Origin: an uncultured Acidimicrobiaceae bacterium
GTDB lineage: Bacteria > Actinomycetota > Acidimicrobiia > Acidimicrobiales > Palsa-688
DNA length: 64,000 bases
NCBI GenBank assembly: GCA_963834725.1
Contig: CAWICN010000001.1
Span: forward strand, 1,038,831 to 1,102,830
Direction of reading: 5' to 3'
This document shows, in pieces, positions 1-9,166 of this stretch. The position numbers and the translations under genes were made by a program. The notes under the pieces are model-generated. The model searched no databases and was not told the DNA's origin. It saw only the letters and a list, made by a program, of their open reading frames with translations. Positions within the stretch are counted from its first letter, which is position 1. Each line of letters starts with the position of its first letter.

Positions 1-1365
1 CGCCCGCAACCGGATCGGGGCGTCGCGGATAGCCGAGGACCAGGGCTGGCTGTAGTCGCGGGGTCCGGCACACTTGTGGACGAGCCGGCCGAGGTGGCAG
101 TCGCCAGCCTCCCGAAACGTATGACGCGCCGCGGCCGGCCATGCGTGTCTACCGCGGTTCGCCCGGTCCGGCGAGGAGACACCCCGGCCGACCCCGTCCA
201 GCCCTCGTCGCTGAATGTGCCAGAACGGCTCATCTGCACCCGAGTTCCGGGAGACGCCTCTCCCCAACGGGGCCACTCATAACGAGACGGATCCGGCGTC
301 GGGCTCCTTCGGGTCGACGAGGACCGAACGGGCGCCCCTAAACATTCACCTCACCTATCCCCGAATACCCTGACCCGACCGTGGCCTAACGCCGGCCCGG
401 AGACGGTTATCAGGCCGCGGCTCGCTCCGGTCCAACTCGGCCCTGGTATACCTCATGCCTTCTTCAGCGTTTGAAGTAACTTTACATGCTTCTTGTGGAG
501 AAGCATAGTCGCATTAGGTGCGTGTGAGCGTGACCGGCCCGCCTGAACTCGTCCCGTCAGGTTCCAGCATGAGGTGCGCCTCAGGTGGTCGGACTCGACC
601 TCTTGGTCACCGAGCCCGTGGGCGACGCGGAAGATGCGACGAATCGGCCGCATCCCGGTCGGGCCGATGCGGGCGGTCTGGTACCCCTCGACGAAGAATC
701 AGGGGACGTGATGGCTCGACGTGGCGCTGATCATGGGCTTTGCGACTTATGGTGACCTCGTTGCTGGCAGGAATCGACATCACGGTTAGGTCCGTGGTCC
801 GAGGTGGCGCCGCCCCGCACTGTTACATCCTGGCACAGCCGAGCCACATGGAATATGTGCTTCGGTGGTGTGTAGTGAGATATGGGTCCGGTTCCTGCTA
901 GAGCGGAATCGTGGGGTGACGACGCTCAAATGCGAGCTCGTGATTGGTGAAGCTCAACTCGGCCGGCTGGCCGTCGTCCTTGCGAAACCAGCCGGGCCTG
1001 GCGTCGGTGCTCGACACATGCGTGTTGCTACGAGCCTGACCTTTGAAGCTCAGGTCCGGGGTTGCGGTCCAACATCGTGCCACCAGCGTGAACGAAGTCG
1101 CACGCGATGGCTTCTGCTCCGTCCGGGAGCTGGTCATAATCCGTTCGGGCACCCGGTGCCCGATAGTCGGTTCGCCGACCTGGGGGTTCGGAGGGCAATG
1201 TCGCTTATTGCCTGGCGTCAGTCCGTCTGGCTGAAGGGAGCCTGCGCGTGATCACCCAGGATGGTCATTGAACCTCGAGGGCTGCGGCGGGCGATCATTC
1301 GCAATTCCATAGCCGAGAGGTCCTGGGCTTCGTCCACGACGATGTGCCCGTACGTCTGTCTCAAC

Positions 1366-1875
1366 GTACGCCGCCCCACCGTCCACCCCACCGAGCAACG
1401 GGGGACCGACCGGGGCGAGTTGGCCCGTCTCCTGCCGCCCGCGGAGCGCGGCGACCACGCTCACGCCGGCCTGGCCGTGCTATTGGAGGTGAACGGACTA
1501 CGGGTCTCCGAGGCCTGCGACACCAACATCGAGGACATTGGCCTGGAGCGCGGACACCGGGTGCTCCATATCATCGGAAAAGGCTCCAAGCCCGCGATTA
1601 TCCCCCTGGTGTGGCGCACCGCCCGCACCATCGATCTGGCCGCCGTCGAACGCCGGAAAGGACCGATCCTGGTCCGCCACGGGTGCCGTCTGAGCCGGCG
1701 GACCGCCCCCCGCTGGGTCCAGTTGATGGGCAAGCGGGCCGGACTGGGCCGGGTGCACCCCCACATGCTCCGGGCCGGATTCATCATGGCCGCCCTCGAC
1801 GCCGGCGTACCCCGGCGAGAGGTCCAAATCGCGGCCCGACATTCTGACCCCCGCACCACCAAGGGCTCACCCTGA
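1366..1875 (+). pseudogene. Tyrosine recombinase / phage-type integrase fragment (catalytic domain only)
   Basis: ORF 1261-1875 reads ...LAVLLEVNGLRVSEACD...GHRVLHIIGKGSKP...HPHMLRAGFIMAALDAGVPRREVQIAARHSDPRTT, then stops. The Arg, HxxR and His boxes are present. The N-terminal domain and the final catalytic-Tyr segment are missing. Confidence 0.7.
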
Positions 1876-2369
1876 CCGCTGAAAGTGGCTGAATCAACAT
1901 GGGTGACAGCCGCTCGACTTCGGCCCGAGTCGTTGCGCTCGGTTGTCCCGTGGGGAGGCGTGCAAGGCGGTTGTGCGCTGAAGCGCCAGCCAAGGGGGTC
2001 GGCGCTCCAAGGGGGCGCCTGCTAGGTCCACGATCACCTCGACAGTTCTTCTTATGACCACTGGCTCGGAGCGACTCGGAGGTGATTGCGGTAGCTGGCT
2101 TTCTGGCCGGTACGGAGGCGCGGCCCGCATCACGCTCAGGCTACGCGGCCGACCTCCGCGTCTGCGCCGCCTGGCCAGATAGCAACAGTGATGGCCGGAA
2201 TCAGCAGCCCGCGTCGCCCTTTGGAGTCAGAGAGTGGACCGAAGAACAGCAGCGCGGGTATCACGAACAGCGTGTAGGTCGCGAACAGGCCTCTGGGGAA
2301 GAAGGGAACGAAAGTAATCGTTAATCCGGTTTCGGGTTGCTGATCAACTCCCAGTGGTGACGCTTTGTA

Positions 2370-2600
2370 TCAGATTTGCATGGTGGGTTCGTCGGAGCTG
2401 ACGGGGTCTCGCAGGGGGCGGGAGATGGGCGGTGATGTCGATGGTGATCTCGATCTCACCGTGCACGCGGAGATGCTTGACCGAGGCGTCGAGGTAGATG
2501 GTGTTCCAGAGTACGACAGCGTTGAGAGCGAGACCGGAGGGCGCCCAACTGGTCTTCCATGCCTTCCCTGTAGCCCTGCCGCAGTAGCGACGAACGCTGA
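2370..2600 (-). pseudogene. Tn3-family transposase, extreme C-terminal remnant
   Basis: Minus-strand ORFs 2344-2733 and 2370-2795 read ...GLALNAVVLWNTIYLDASVKHLRVHGEIEITIDITAHL, then ...RPLRDP... in a second frame. This pattern is typical of the TnpA C-terminus. The rest of the gene is absent. Confidence 0.5.
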
Positions 2601-2629
2601 TTCGGAGGGAGGAAGTAGCGAAGCGCCGC

Positions 2630-2791
2630 TCACCGCTTGGAGCGGCGACCCAGACGCAAGCCACCGGTGAGCAATCCGACCACGAATAGCACGACGGCGA
2701 TGATGAACAGCCAGAAAAGCCCGTGAACGACAAAACCGATGAGGCCGAGGGCGATCAGGAGAATAAGAAAAACAAGAGCAAATACCAGCAT
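2630..2791 (-). CDS. Small hydrophobic membrane peptide (53 aa), hypothetical
   Basis: ATG 2791 to TGA 2630 gives MLVFALVFLILLIALGLIGFVVHGLFWLFIIAVVLFVVGLLTGGLRLGRRSKR: two hydrophobic helices and a basic tail. It is below the size cutoff of the ORF track and lies co-directionally 77 nt downstream of amaP. No clear SD. Confidence 0.35.
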   Translation of the reverse strand: MLVFALVFLILLIALGLIGFVVHGLFWLFIIAVVLFVVGLLTGGLRLGRRSKR

Positions 2792-2868
2792 GCAAGTTCT
2801 TTCTGTGCAGGCGGACAGGCCCTCGCTTCGCTGGGTGAGGCTGGCTCAGCGGTGGGATGACCGGGTGC

Positions 2869-3456
2869 CTAGTCGAGTTGGCGTTGGCGGTCGGCGGCTT
2901 TGAATCGGATGGTGATCTGGACCGGATCGGGTCGGGTTGCGGTGGTGGTTTGCATGCGGGCCAGGACGGCGTCGACTTGGGCCGGGAGTCGTTCTAAGTC
3001 GATGTTGTCACCGACGGCGAGCACGGCGCGCATCTCGATGGTGGGGTAACGGCCGAACAGGCCGACCCTGGCGTCGTGCACGTCGGGGATGGCTTCGAGG
3101 TCGGCTTCGAGATGGTGACTTAACGCCGGGGAGTGCAGGGTGGTTTCCCCGCGGACGCCTTGGGTGGTGGGGGGAAGAGTGACGGTCGGGGTCCGGTGGC
3201 GGCCGTCGTCTCGGCGGATTTGGCTCAACGCCAGGACGGCGCCGAGGACGACCGCGACGGCGCCGATGGCGGTGACCACCGCGAACGATTTCCAGCCGCC
3301 CTCGTTCCACCAGCGGATCAGCGTGGCGTCGAAGACGGCCCGGTCGGAGCGGGCAGTGCCGAACACGCCGGCGCCCAGGCAGGCTGCCAGGCCGCCGCCG
3401 ACCAGTAGGAGCAATCCGACGACGGTCAGGATGAGTCGGTTTCGCCGGTCGGTCAT
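2869..3456 (-). CDS. amaP: Alkaline shock response membrane anchor protein AmaP
   Basis: C-terminal half of ORF 2869-3981, starting MTDRRNRLILTVVGLLLLVGGGLAACLG. It has an N-terminal TM helix, a second TM helix and an Asp23-like tail. Its ATG overlaps the upstream stop (ATGA at 3453-3456). Confidence 0.8.
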   Translation of the reverse strand: MTDRRNRLILTVVGLLLLVGGGLAACLGAGVFGTARSDRAVFDATLIRWWNEGGWKSFAVVTAIGAVAVVLGAVLALSQIRRDDGRHRTPTVTLPPTTQGVRGETTLHSPALSHHLEADLEAIPDVHDARVGLFGRYPTIEMRAVLAVGDNIDLERLPAQVDAVLARMQTTTATRPDPVQITIRFKAADRQRQLD

Positions 3457-3981
3457 GAAACTTTCTTGGCCCCGGTGGTGGTCACGTCGATCTTCGACGC
3501 CGAGGGGGCGTGGAGGCGGCCGAGTTCGGTTTGGGCGGCGTCTCGCAACGCGGGTTTGGTGGTGGAGGCGGCCCGGGCTTTGACCTTGAGCCGCCAACGC
3601 AGCGCCCGAGGTTTGAGGCGGACCTTGATCGGGCTGACCGGCACCTGGGTCGCCAGGCGGCGTTGCAGGTGCGCTTCGGTTGACCGGCGTAGCAGCAACC
3701 AGTCTCCCTGGTCGGTCGAGAACGGGGCGTGACGTTTCCGTTGCGGGCGTATCTCCGCCACCACCAAGACGAAAGCCGGCGGCGGCCACTGCGATGCTGA
3801 TGCCGATCACGAGCGGGTCCGACCACGGTGTGGTCTTGAACGAGTTCAGCCATTGGCGGCCGGGGATCCACACGAACCCCGAGTTCGTCCACGTCCAGAT
3901 GGCTTCGAGGATCACCAGCACGCCGGCCGCGGCGAGGGCCACACCTAGCGCCAGAACCAGGAGACGGTTGAAGACCCGCAT
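3453..3981 (-). pseudogene. DUF6286-family membrane protein with an apparent 1-nt frameshift near 3770
   Basis: The N-terminus (MRVFNRLLVLALGVALAAAGVLVILE...PLVIGISIAVAAAGF) is in the frame of ORF 2869-3981. The conserved continuation (VVAEIRPQRKRHAPFST...VSPIKVRLKPRALRWRLKVKARA...) is in the frame of ORF 3453-3767. The switch falls in the run GGTGGTGGCGG. Confidence 0.7.
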
Positions 3982-4349
3982 CAGCGGAGCTGGCCGCCCG
4001 GCATCGACGACACGTCCAGGTCGTCGATGGTCACCGCCACCGCCCGGCGGTCACCGAGACCGGCCAATGTCGCGCCTACGGCAGCGTGCACCGCGTCCGC
4101 GACGGTGTCGAGAGGCAAGCGTTCCGCGATGATGTGCACGGCTACCTCGTCAGGACTGAGTCGGACCCCTACCACCCGGCCGCCGGGGTACTGGGTGGCC
4201 ACCTCGACCCCCGGTCCGCCGGTGCGGCGCACCCCCACGACCGTGTCGACCGCGGCGGCGACCGCCAACGCCAGACGGCCCCGCCCGCCCGGGTCGACCG
4301 GTGCTACTGGGGTGGGGGAGGTGGCGGGTGTCGGAGGGGGGTCGGTCAC
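3981..4349 (-). CDS. Asp23-like small protein (122 aa)
   Basis: C-terminal part of ORF 3981-4919 (...VGVRRTGGPGVEVATQYPGGRVVGVRLSPDEVAVHIIAERLPLDTVADAVHAAV...). The GTG start overlaps the upstream stop (GTGA at 4346-4349). Its stop shares 1 nt with the next ATG (TGATG at 3981). Confidence 0.6.
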   Translation of the reverse strand: MTDPPPTPATSPTPVAPVDPGGRGRLALAVAAAVDTVVGVRRTGGPGVEVATQYPGGRVVGVRLSPDEVAVHIIAERLPLDTVADAVHAAVGATLAGLGDRRAVAVTIDDLDVSSMPGGQLR

Positions 4350-4879
4350 TCGACCCGGGAACCGTGCTCGTCGCCGTCGGACTCGATGTAGAGGTCGTCC
4401 ACGCTGATGTTGACCTCGACCACTTCGAGGCTGGTCATGCCCTCGATCCGCTCGATGACGTTCTGGCGGATGGCGTCCGCGGTCTCCACGATCGACTGGC
4501 CGTAATAGCAGACGATGTCGATATCGATCGCCGCTTGGCGTTCGCCGACCTCGACCGACACCCCCTGGGCCGTGGCGGGCGACGCCCCCGGCACCTTGGA
4601 GCGGATGGTCCCGAACGCCCGGGACACGCTCTTGCCCATGGCCTGGACGCCCGGGATCTCCTGAGTCGACATGGCCGCGATCTTGGCTACCACCGACGAC
4701 GAGATCGACGTGGTGCCATGCTCGGTCTTCAGCGCTGCCCCGCCGCCGCCGCCGGGGCGCTCCACACTGCGCGACGACGGCCGGTCGGCACTGCGCGACG
4801 GCGCCTGGTCGGCGGTGGCGTCGGGCCGGCCGGCAGCGGCGGGGGTGGGGGTTTCTGAGGGGGTCGGGTTTTCGGACAT
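4346..4879 (-). CDS. Asp23/Gls24 family envelope stress response protein
   Basis: 177-aa ORF with SISSSVVAKIAAMSTQEIPGVQAMG...VSVEVGERQAAIDIDIVCYYGQSIVETADAIRQNVIERIEGMTSLEVVEVNISVDDL, a canonical Asp23 domain. Confidence 0.85.
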   Translation of the reverse strand: MSENPTPSETPTPAAAGRPDATADQAPSRSADRPSSRSVERPGGGGGAALKTEHGTTSISSSVVAKIAAMSTQEIPGVQAMGKSVSRAFGTIRSKVPGASPATAQGVSVEVGERQAAIDIDIVCYYGQSIVETADAIRQNVIERIEGMTSLEVVEVNISVDDLYIESDGDEHGSRVE

Positions 4880-4960
4880 GTGAAGGTTCCTCCTTGGGAA
4901 GGGAATAGCGGGGGGTCAAACAGCACTAGGAGCACCAGCGAGCGCCCTTGGGAACTGCAG

Positions 4961-5167
4961 TCAGGGACGGCGCGGGGGTCGGGTGGAGGTGGACCGGAAC
5001 CGTTCGCTGATCTCGCCCAGGTCCACGTCGCCTTCGAGGACCCGGACCGCGCCCCACCCGATCAGGCCGGCGGCGATGGCCGGGAAGACCACCCAGCCGG
5101 CCGCCCAGGCCAACCACACCAACAACACCCCGACGAGGAACGCGTACTGCGCACGAGACACTGACAC
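4961..5167 (-). CDS. Small integral membrane protein (DUF2273-like)
   Basis: 68-aa ORF with two hydrophobic helices (FLVGVLLVWLAWAAGWVVFPAIAAGLIGWGAV). It sits in the position usual for this protein in Asp23 operons. Confidence 0.55.
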   Translation of the reverse strand: MSVSRAQYAFLVGVLLVWLAWAAGWVVFPAIAAGLIGWGAVRVLEGDVDLGEISERFRSTSTRPPRRP

Positions 5168-5393
5168 TCCCTTGATCCACCGACCAGCCGCATCGACACC
5201 GACTGGTATCGACTACTCACGGGTCTTACCCACTCTTAGATGCTCCCCCACGCCGATAGTCGCGCGGAAACCCCGAAAACTTTCGGGACCGGCCTGCCTC
5301 CCCCTCTTCCCGCTGCCACCGGGACAAGCCCACGGCCCGGCCTCGTCGGGCGGCCACACCCGTCGTTGGCTGCGACCTCCCCAGGGTGATGGC

Positions 5394-5702
5394 ATGATGG
5401 ACAACGTCATGAACCCTGCCGCCCGCCTCGGGGTGCCCCCGGGCGCCGACACCGCCACCATCCGGGCCGCGTTCGCCCGTCGTCTGCGCGCCGTGCACCC
5501 CGACGTCGCGGCCCCCGGCCGAGCCGACCCCGCCAGCGACGTCGCCGACCTCCTCGCCGCCCGCGACCAGCTCCTGGCGCAACCCCCCACCTCGCCGCCC
5601 CCCCCACCGGGCCCGGTCGTGTTCTACCAGCGCCCCAACCTCATCGCTGCGCTACGAGCCTGGTTACCCCGTCGCCGACAACCCCGCCGCAACCTGTCCT
5701 GA
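5394..5702 (+). CDS. Small J-domain (DnaJ-like) protein
   Basis: Distal part of ORF 4983-5702, from ATG 5394: NPAARLGVPPGADTATIRAAFARRLRAVHPDVA contains the HPD signature of J domains, followed by a Pro-rich tail. Confidence 0.55.
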   Translation: MMDNVMNPAARLGVPPGADTATIRAAFARRLRAVHPDVAAPGRADPASDVADLLAARDQLLAQPPTSPPPPPGPVVFYQRPNLIAALRAWLPRRRQPRRNLS

Positions 5703-5799
5703 CAGGATCCCGCCGCCGACTCGAGAACGATCAGCGGCGCCCATAACCGCCAGGCCCGCCAGCGCCAGCGGCCTTGGTGCATCGACCGGGCTCAACCCG

Positions 5800-6405
5800 C
5801 TACCGGGGTGGCATGTCGAGGTCGTCGATGTCGATGTCGACCGCAGCGACGCGTAACTGGGTGTGGTCGCCGATAGCCGCCATCACGTTGCGGCGGACGG
5901 TGTCGGCCAGATCGGGCAGGCTGGCCACAGGCCCGGCAGAGATAGAAGTCCTCACCGAGATGGCGGCCTCGTCGATCTCGTCGATGTCGACCCCGTCGGC
6001 GCCGTAGCGGACCGCCGCCCGGCGGTGCAGCTCCGACGGCACACCCGTGACCGCCACCACCCCCGGGGTGTCGCGGGTCGCCGTGGCAGTGATAAGCCCC
6101 AGAACCCACGACGTCACCACCGTCGCCCCCCGGCCTGACACCGAGATGGCATGCCGGGGCGACTGGGCGATGCGCCGCACCCGCGACATCACCGCAGCCA
6201 CGAAACGATCCGGAACCGAAACTTCGCGTGTCGACCACTCCCGGACCGGACGCCACAACTCCGCGAACTCCCCGATCGCCGCCCGGCAATACCCGCAGCC
6301 CGCCTGGTGGGAACCGGCCGGTGGCCACGACCCGTCCGCCGCGTACCCCACCAGCCGCTCGGGGTCTGTGCCGCACGGCAACGCCTCCCACCGGGCCGCC
6401 ATCAC
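5800..6405 (-). CDS. Anti-sigma-like zinc-finger (HxxxCxxC) fused to an Asp23 domain
   Basis: 201-aa ORF. The N-terminus has SHQAGCGYCRAAIGEF (zf-HC2 pattern). The C-terminus (GVVAVTGV...VDIDEIDEAAISVRTSISAGPVASLPDLADTVRRNVMAAIGDHTQLRVAAVDIDIDDL) is Asp23-like. Its start overlaps the sigma gene stop (ATGA at 6402-6405). Confidence 0.7.
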   Translation of the reverse strand: MMAARWEALPCGTDPERLVGYAADGSWPPAGSHQAGCGYCRAAIGEFAELWRPVREWSTREVSVPDRFVAAVMSRVRRIAQSPRHAISVSGRGATVVTSWVLGLITATATRDTPGVVAVTGVPSELHRRAAVRYGADGVDIDEIDEAAISVRTSISAGPVASLPDLADTVRRNVMAAIGDHTQLRVAAVDIDIDDLDMPPR

Positions 6406-6950
6406 CCGCAGGCCCCGTTTCGGGCGCCCAAGTCACGAGCAACCGCGACCCGGGCCCGGTAGATACGGCTTTTGACAGCGGCCACACTCACCCCGAGCAC
6501 CTCGGCAATCTGATCATAGGGTAGACCCTCCACCTCCCGCAGCAGCAACGGCACCCGCTGGTCCAACGACAAGCGGCCCACCGCCGCCCCCACCGCAGCC
6601 AGCCCCTCGGCCGCCTCCACCGCAAGATGAGGGATCCCCTCCGTCGCCGCCAGACCCTCAGGCAGCTCCGACGTTGGCGCCCGACGACGTCGCAGCTCCC
6701 CCAAACAACGATTCGTAACAATCCGATACAACCACGTCGAAAACTTGGCGTCCCCCCGAAACCGGCCCACCGACCGCCACGCCACCAAAAAGACGTCCTG
6801 CGCGGCGTCCTCCGCCGCGTGGCGATCCCCCAACATCCTCACGCACAAACGGACCACTCGGAGCTGATGGCGCCGCACCAGCATCTCGAACGCCCCCACA
6901 TCCCCATCCGCAGCCCGCTGCACCAACAACAGATCGCTCGGCGCGCTCAC
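6402..6950 (-). CDS. ECF-type RNA polymerase sigma-70 family factor
   Basis: 182-aa ORF. Region 2 is DAAQDVFLVAWRSVGRFRGDAKFSTWLYRIVTNRC. Region 4 is LSLDQRVPLLLREVEGLPYDQIAEVLGVSVAAVKSRIYRAR. Confidence 0.9.
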   Translation of the reverse strand: MSAPSDLLLVQRAADGDVGAFEMLVRRHQLRVVRLCVRMLGDRHAAEDAAQDVFLVAWRSVGRFRGDAKFSTWLYRIVTNRCLGELRRRRAPTSELPEGLAATEGIPHLAVEAAEGLAAVGAAVGRLSLDQRVPLLLREVEGLPYDQIAEVLGVSVAAVKSRIYRARVAVARDLGARNGACG

Positions 6951-7289
6951 CCGCTCCGATCCCCCACGTCAACCGAGATTACCCACCAAGCAAACAACAC
7001 CAACCAGGCCCCCAGATCTAGGCCCCCCATTGTTGAGGGACGTCTTGGATGAACACGGTGTCGCCGTTGGTGGTGGGGATGGGTGGTGGCCTACGTCCAA
7101 ACGACCGAAGGGATGGGGCGGTTGGTGGTTGTGACCGGCGGACCGAAACTTCTCCTTGACCGGCGAGCCTCCACCCCCCGCACCCCCGCCGTCCTCGCCT
7201 CCAGCCAGACCACCCCGGAGGGGACCCCGGTCCGGCTGGCGCTGAGGCCAGTCTGAGCAGGGGGTCACTCCCCCCTCAAGGACAACTGT

Positions 7290-7405
7290 CGGTTCAGGGT
7301 CGTTGTCGATGCGAGTCACGCCGACCTTCTCGCCGGCCTCGTTCTCGCGTACCACCACCGATCGGTTCAAATGCAGGTCGATGGCGACATACTGTCGTTC
7401 CACGG
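7290..7405 (-). pseudogene. IS110-family transposase N-terminal remnant
   Basis: Within ORF 6969-7574, the stretch VERQYVAIDLHLNRSVVVRENEAGEKVGVTRIDNDP matches the characteristic first ~35 aa of IS110 transposases (VGIDxHK... pattern). No further homology follows. Confidence 0.4.
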
Positions 7406-7841
7406 TTCTTCTCCTTGCTCGGGAACGGGTTGGATTAGTCGCCACCAGTTTCGGACTGGAACCGCCCCGAGCGGGAGAAGAACCAACCACCCTCGCCGCC
7501 GGCACCTTCGCTGACACCGTCCGCCGCGAACCGACCTGCTCTCCTGACACTTTCGCCACCACCGGGGCCTCCAAAACCGTGGGCTGAAGCCGAACCCTGC
7601 GTCCGGCCTACTCAGCGAGAGCGAAGCAAGCGCTCTGTCATCCCATCACTTGAGGGGCACCTAGCGGCCGAGGGCGGGCGGGTTATTGGGCGGCACAAAG
7701 ATGCAACGTGGATGAGAGTCGTAGTCCCTTCCCACTACGACGTAAACCTCACGCACGACGCCCAGGACAGCAACCTGGACGAGTCTGCGACTCGGACCTC
7801 GGTTAGTGCCGGGCGCGTGGCGGCGCCGAACGCGTGTGCGC

Positions 7842-8380
7842 TTATGCCCGGGCGAATCGGGCGGTGATGATGGGTTGCCGCGGGCTTCGCGCGCGGCCAT
7901 TCCCAGGGGGCTCCAGGTCATCCCGAAGGCGGTGCGATCGACGGTGACCTCACCGTGCAGGGTGACAGCATCGGGCTGGGTTTCGGTGATTTCGATGGTG
8001 GGGCTGATGGTTTGGCTCTGCCCGGCGGCCTCGAGGCGGATCTGGCCGGCGAGGCCCCCCGTGGCGTCTGGTGTGAGCTTCTCGACGGAGATGGTGACCG
8101 TGGGATGGTGCTCGGCGTCGAAGAAGTCCGCGGAGCGCAGATGCTTATCGCGCTTGTTCTGATTGGTGTTGAGCGAGGCGGCGTCGAGTCGAATGACGCC
8201 GGTGACGGTGCCATCGGGGGCGACGGTCCCTTCGCCCGTGAGGCGCTCGAAGCGGCCGTGGACGGTGATGGCACCCCAGAAGTGCTTGACGTGGAACTCG
8301 GCGGATGATCCGGCCGGGTCGAGAGTACACGTGCCTTGACTTTCGTGAACGAGCGACTGGATGTCGGCGATGGGGGTCAT
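7842..8380 (-). pseudogene. YceI-family polyisoprenoid-binding protein; C-terminal frameshift likely
   Basis: ORF 7661-8380 has FHVKHFWGAITVHGRFERLTG...NKRDKHLRSADFFDAEHHPTVTI...TVDRTAFGMTW. After GMAAR the frame becomes an Arg/Pro-rich tail. A shifted frame gives a plausible end ...PIIITARFARA, stopping at TAA 7842-7844. Confidence 0.7.
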
Positions 8381-8448
8381 GTTCCTCCTCGGTTGGTTCA
8401 GTTGATGGTGATCGTTAGTTCGCCGGGAGTGCCGGCGGGTTCGCTGGG

Positions 8449-9123
8449 CTAAACGGAGAAGATGAACTCCCCGGCCTGGCGCGTGTTGTGTAGCTCCCAG
8501 TATGCGGCGGCGATGTCGGCCGCTGGAGCGGTGGGGAAGCCGGGAACTACCGACACGTCGATCGACACGTTGATGCCTACGTGCACCGCGTACACCCCGG
8601 AGCCGGCCAGCTCCTTGTTGAGGTTGATCGCCCAGTTCCGCAGCGCCGCCGCAGCCACGTTGACGTTGCCGACCTCGGGCACGGGATCGAGTGAACCTGC
8701 CCCGGTGGTGAACATCAGGCAGCCGGCACCGGCTTCGCGCATCGCCGGGAGCACGACACCGGTTGCGGTGAGCGCGCCGTACAGTTGCGCCTCGATCTCT
8801 GGCTGCACGTCGTCGGGAGTGATGTCGGCGGGGCGGACCAGCGTCGTGGTGCCGTCTTTGGCAACCGGCGAGAACTCGAGCACGTCGATTCCCCCGAAGT
8901 GTGCCGTGGCCTCCTTCAAGGCCTGTGTGAGCGCGGGCCGGTCCCTCACGTCGGCGGGGAACCCGGCAGCAGGGATCCCGTCGGCGCCGAGTTGGCCGAC
9001 CAGGCGATCGAGGTTGTCCCGACTCCGCGAGATCAGGGCGGCCTTGTAGCCGCGCGAGCCGAAGGTTCGAGCGATGGCGAGTCCCAGGCCTGGGCCGGCT
9101 CCGACGATGGCGATGGTGGGCAT
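8449..9123 (-). CDS. SDR family oxidoreductase
   Basis: 224-aa ORF starting MPTIAIVGAGPGLGLAIARTFGSRGYKAALISRS (Rossmann GxGxxG). Confidence 0.85.
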   Translation of the reverse strand: MPTIAIVGAGPGLGLAIARTFGSRGYKAALISRSRDNLDRLVGQLGADGIPAAGFPADVRDRPALTQALKEATAHFGGIDVLEFSPVAKDGTTTLVRPADITPDDVQPEIEAQLYGALTATGVVLPAMREAGAGCLMFTTGAGSLDPVPEVGNVNVAAAALRNWAINLNKELAGSGVYAVHVGINVSIDVSVVPGFPTAPAADIAAAYWELHNTRQAGEFIFSV

Positions 9124-9166
9124 TGGTCTGCTTCCTTTCTCAGGTGGACCAGGTGGTCCGTTTCGT

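Noticed and set aside
486-506. Perfect inverted repeat ATGCTTCT-TGTGG-AGAAGCAT in an AT-rich patch near the left edge
   Set aside because: It is an isolated 8-bp stem with no adjacent credible gene, promoter or U-tract. It could be an operator or a chance hairpin, and this cannot be interpreted without context to the left of the window.
2869-3981. 370-aa ORF in the track, read as one protein
   Set aside because: It joins the DUF6286 N-terminus to AmaP through ~100 codons of Pro/Arg/Gly-rich out-of-frame sequence. The conserved DUF6286 continuation is in another frame, and AmaP has its own ATG at 3456, overlapping that frame's stop.
3981-4919. 312-aa ORF overlapping the Asp23 gene
   Set aside because: Only its last 122 codons (from GTG 4349) look like protein (Asp23-like). 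The upstream 190 codons are an Arg/Pro/Gly-rich alternative frame of the genuine Asp23 gene at 4346-4879.
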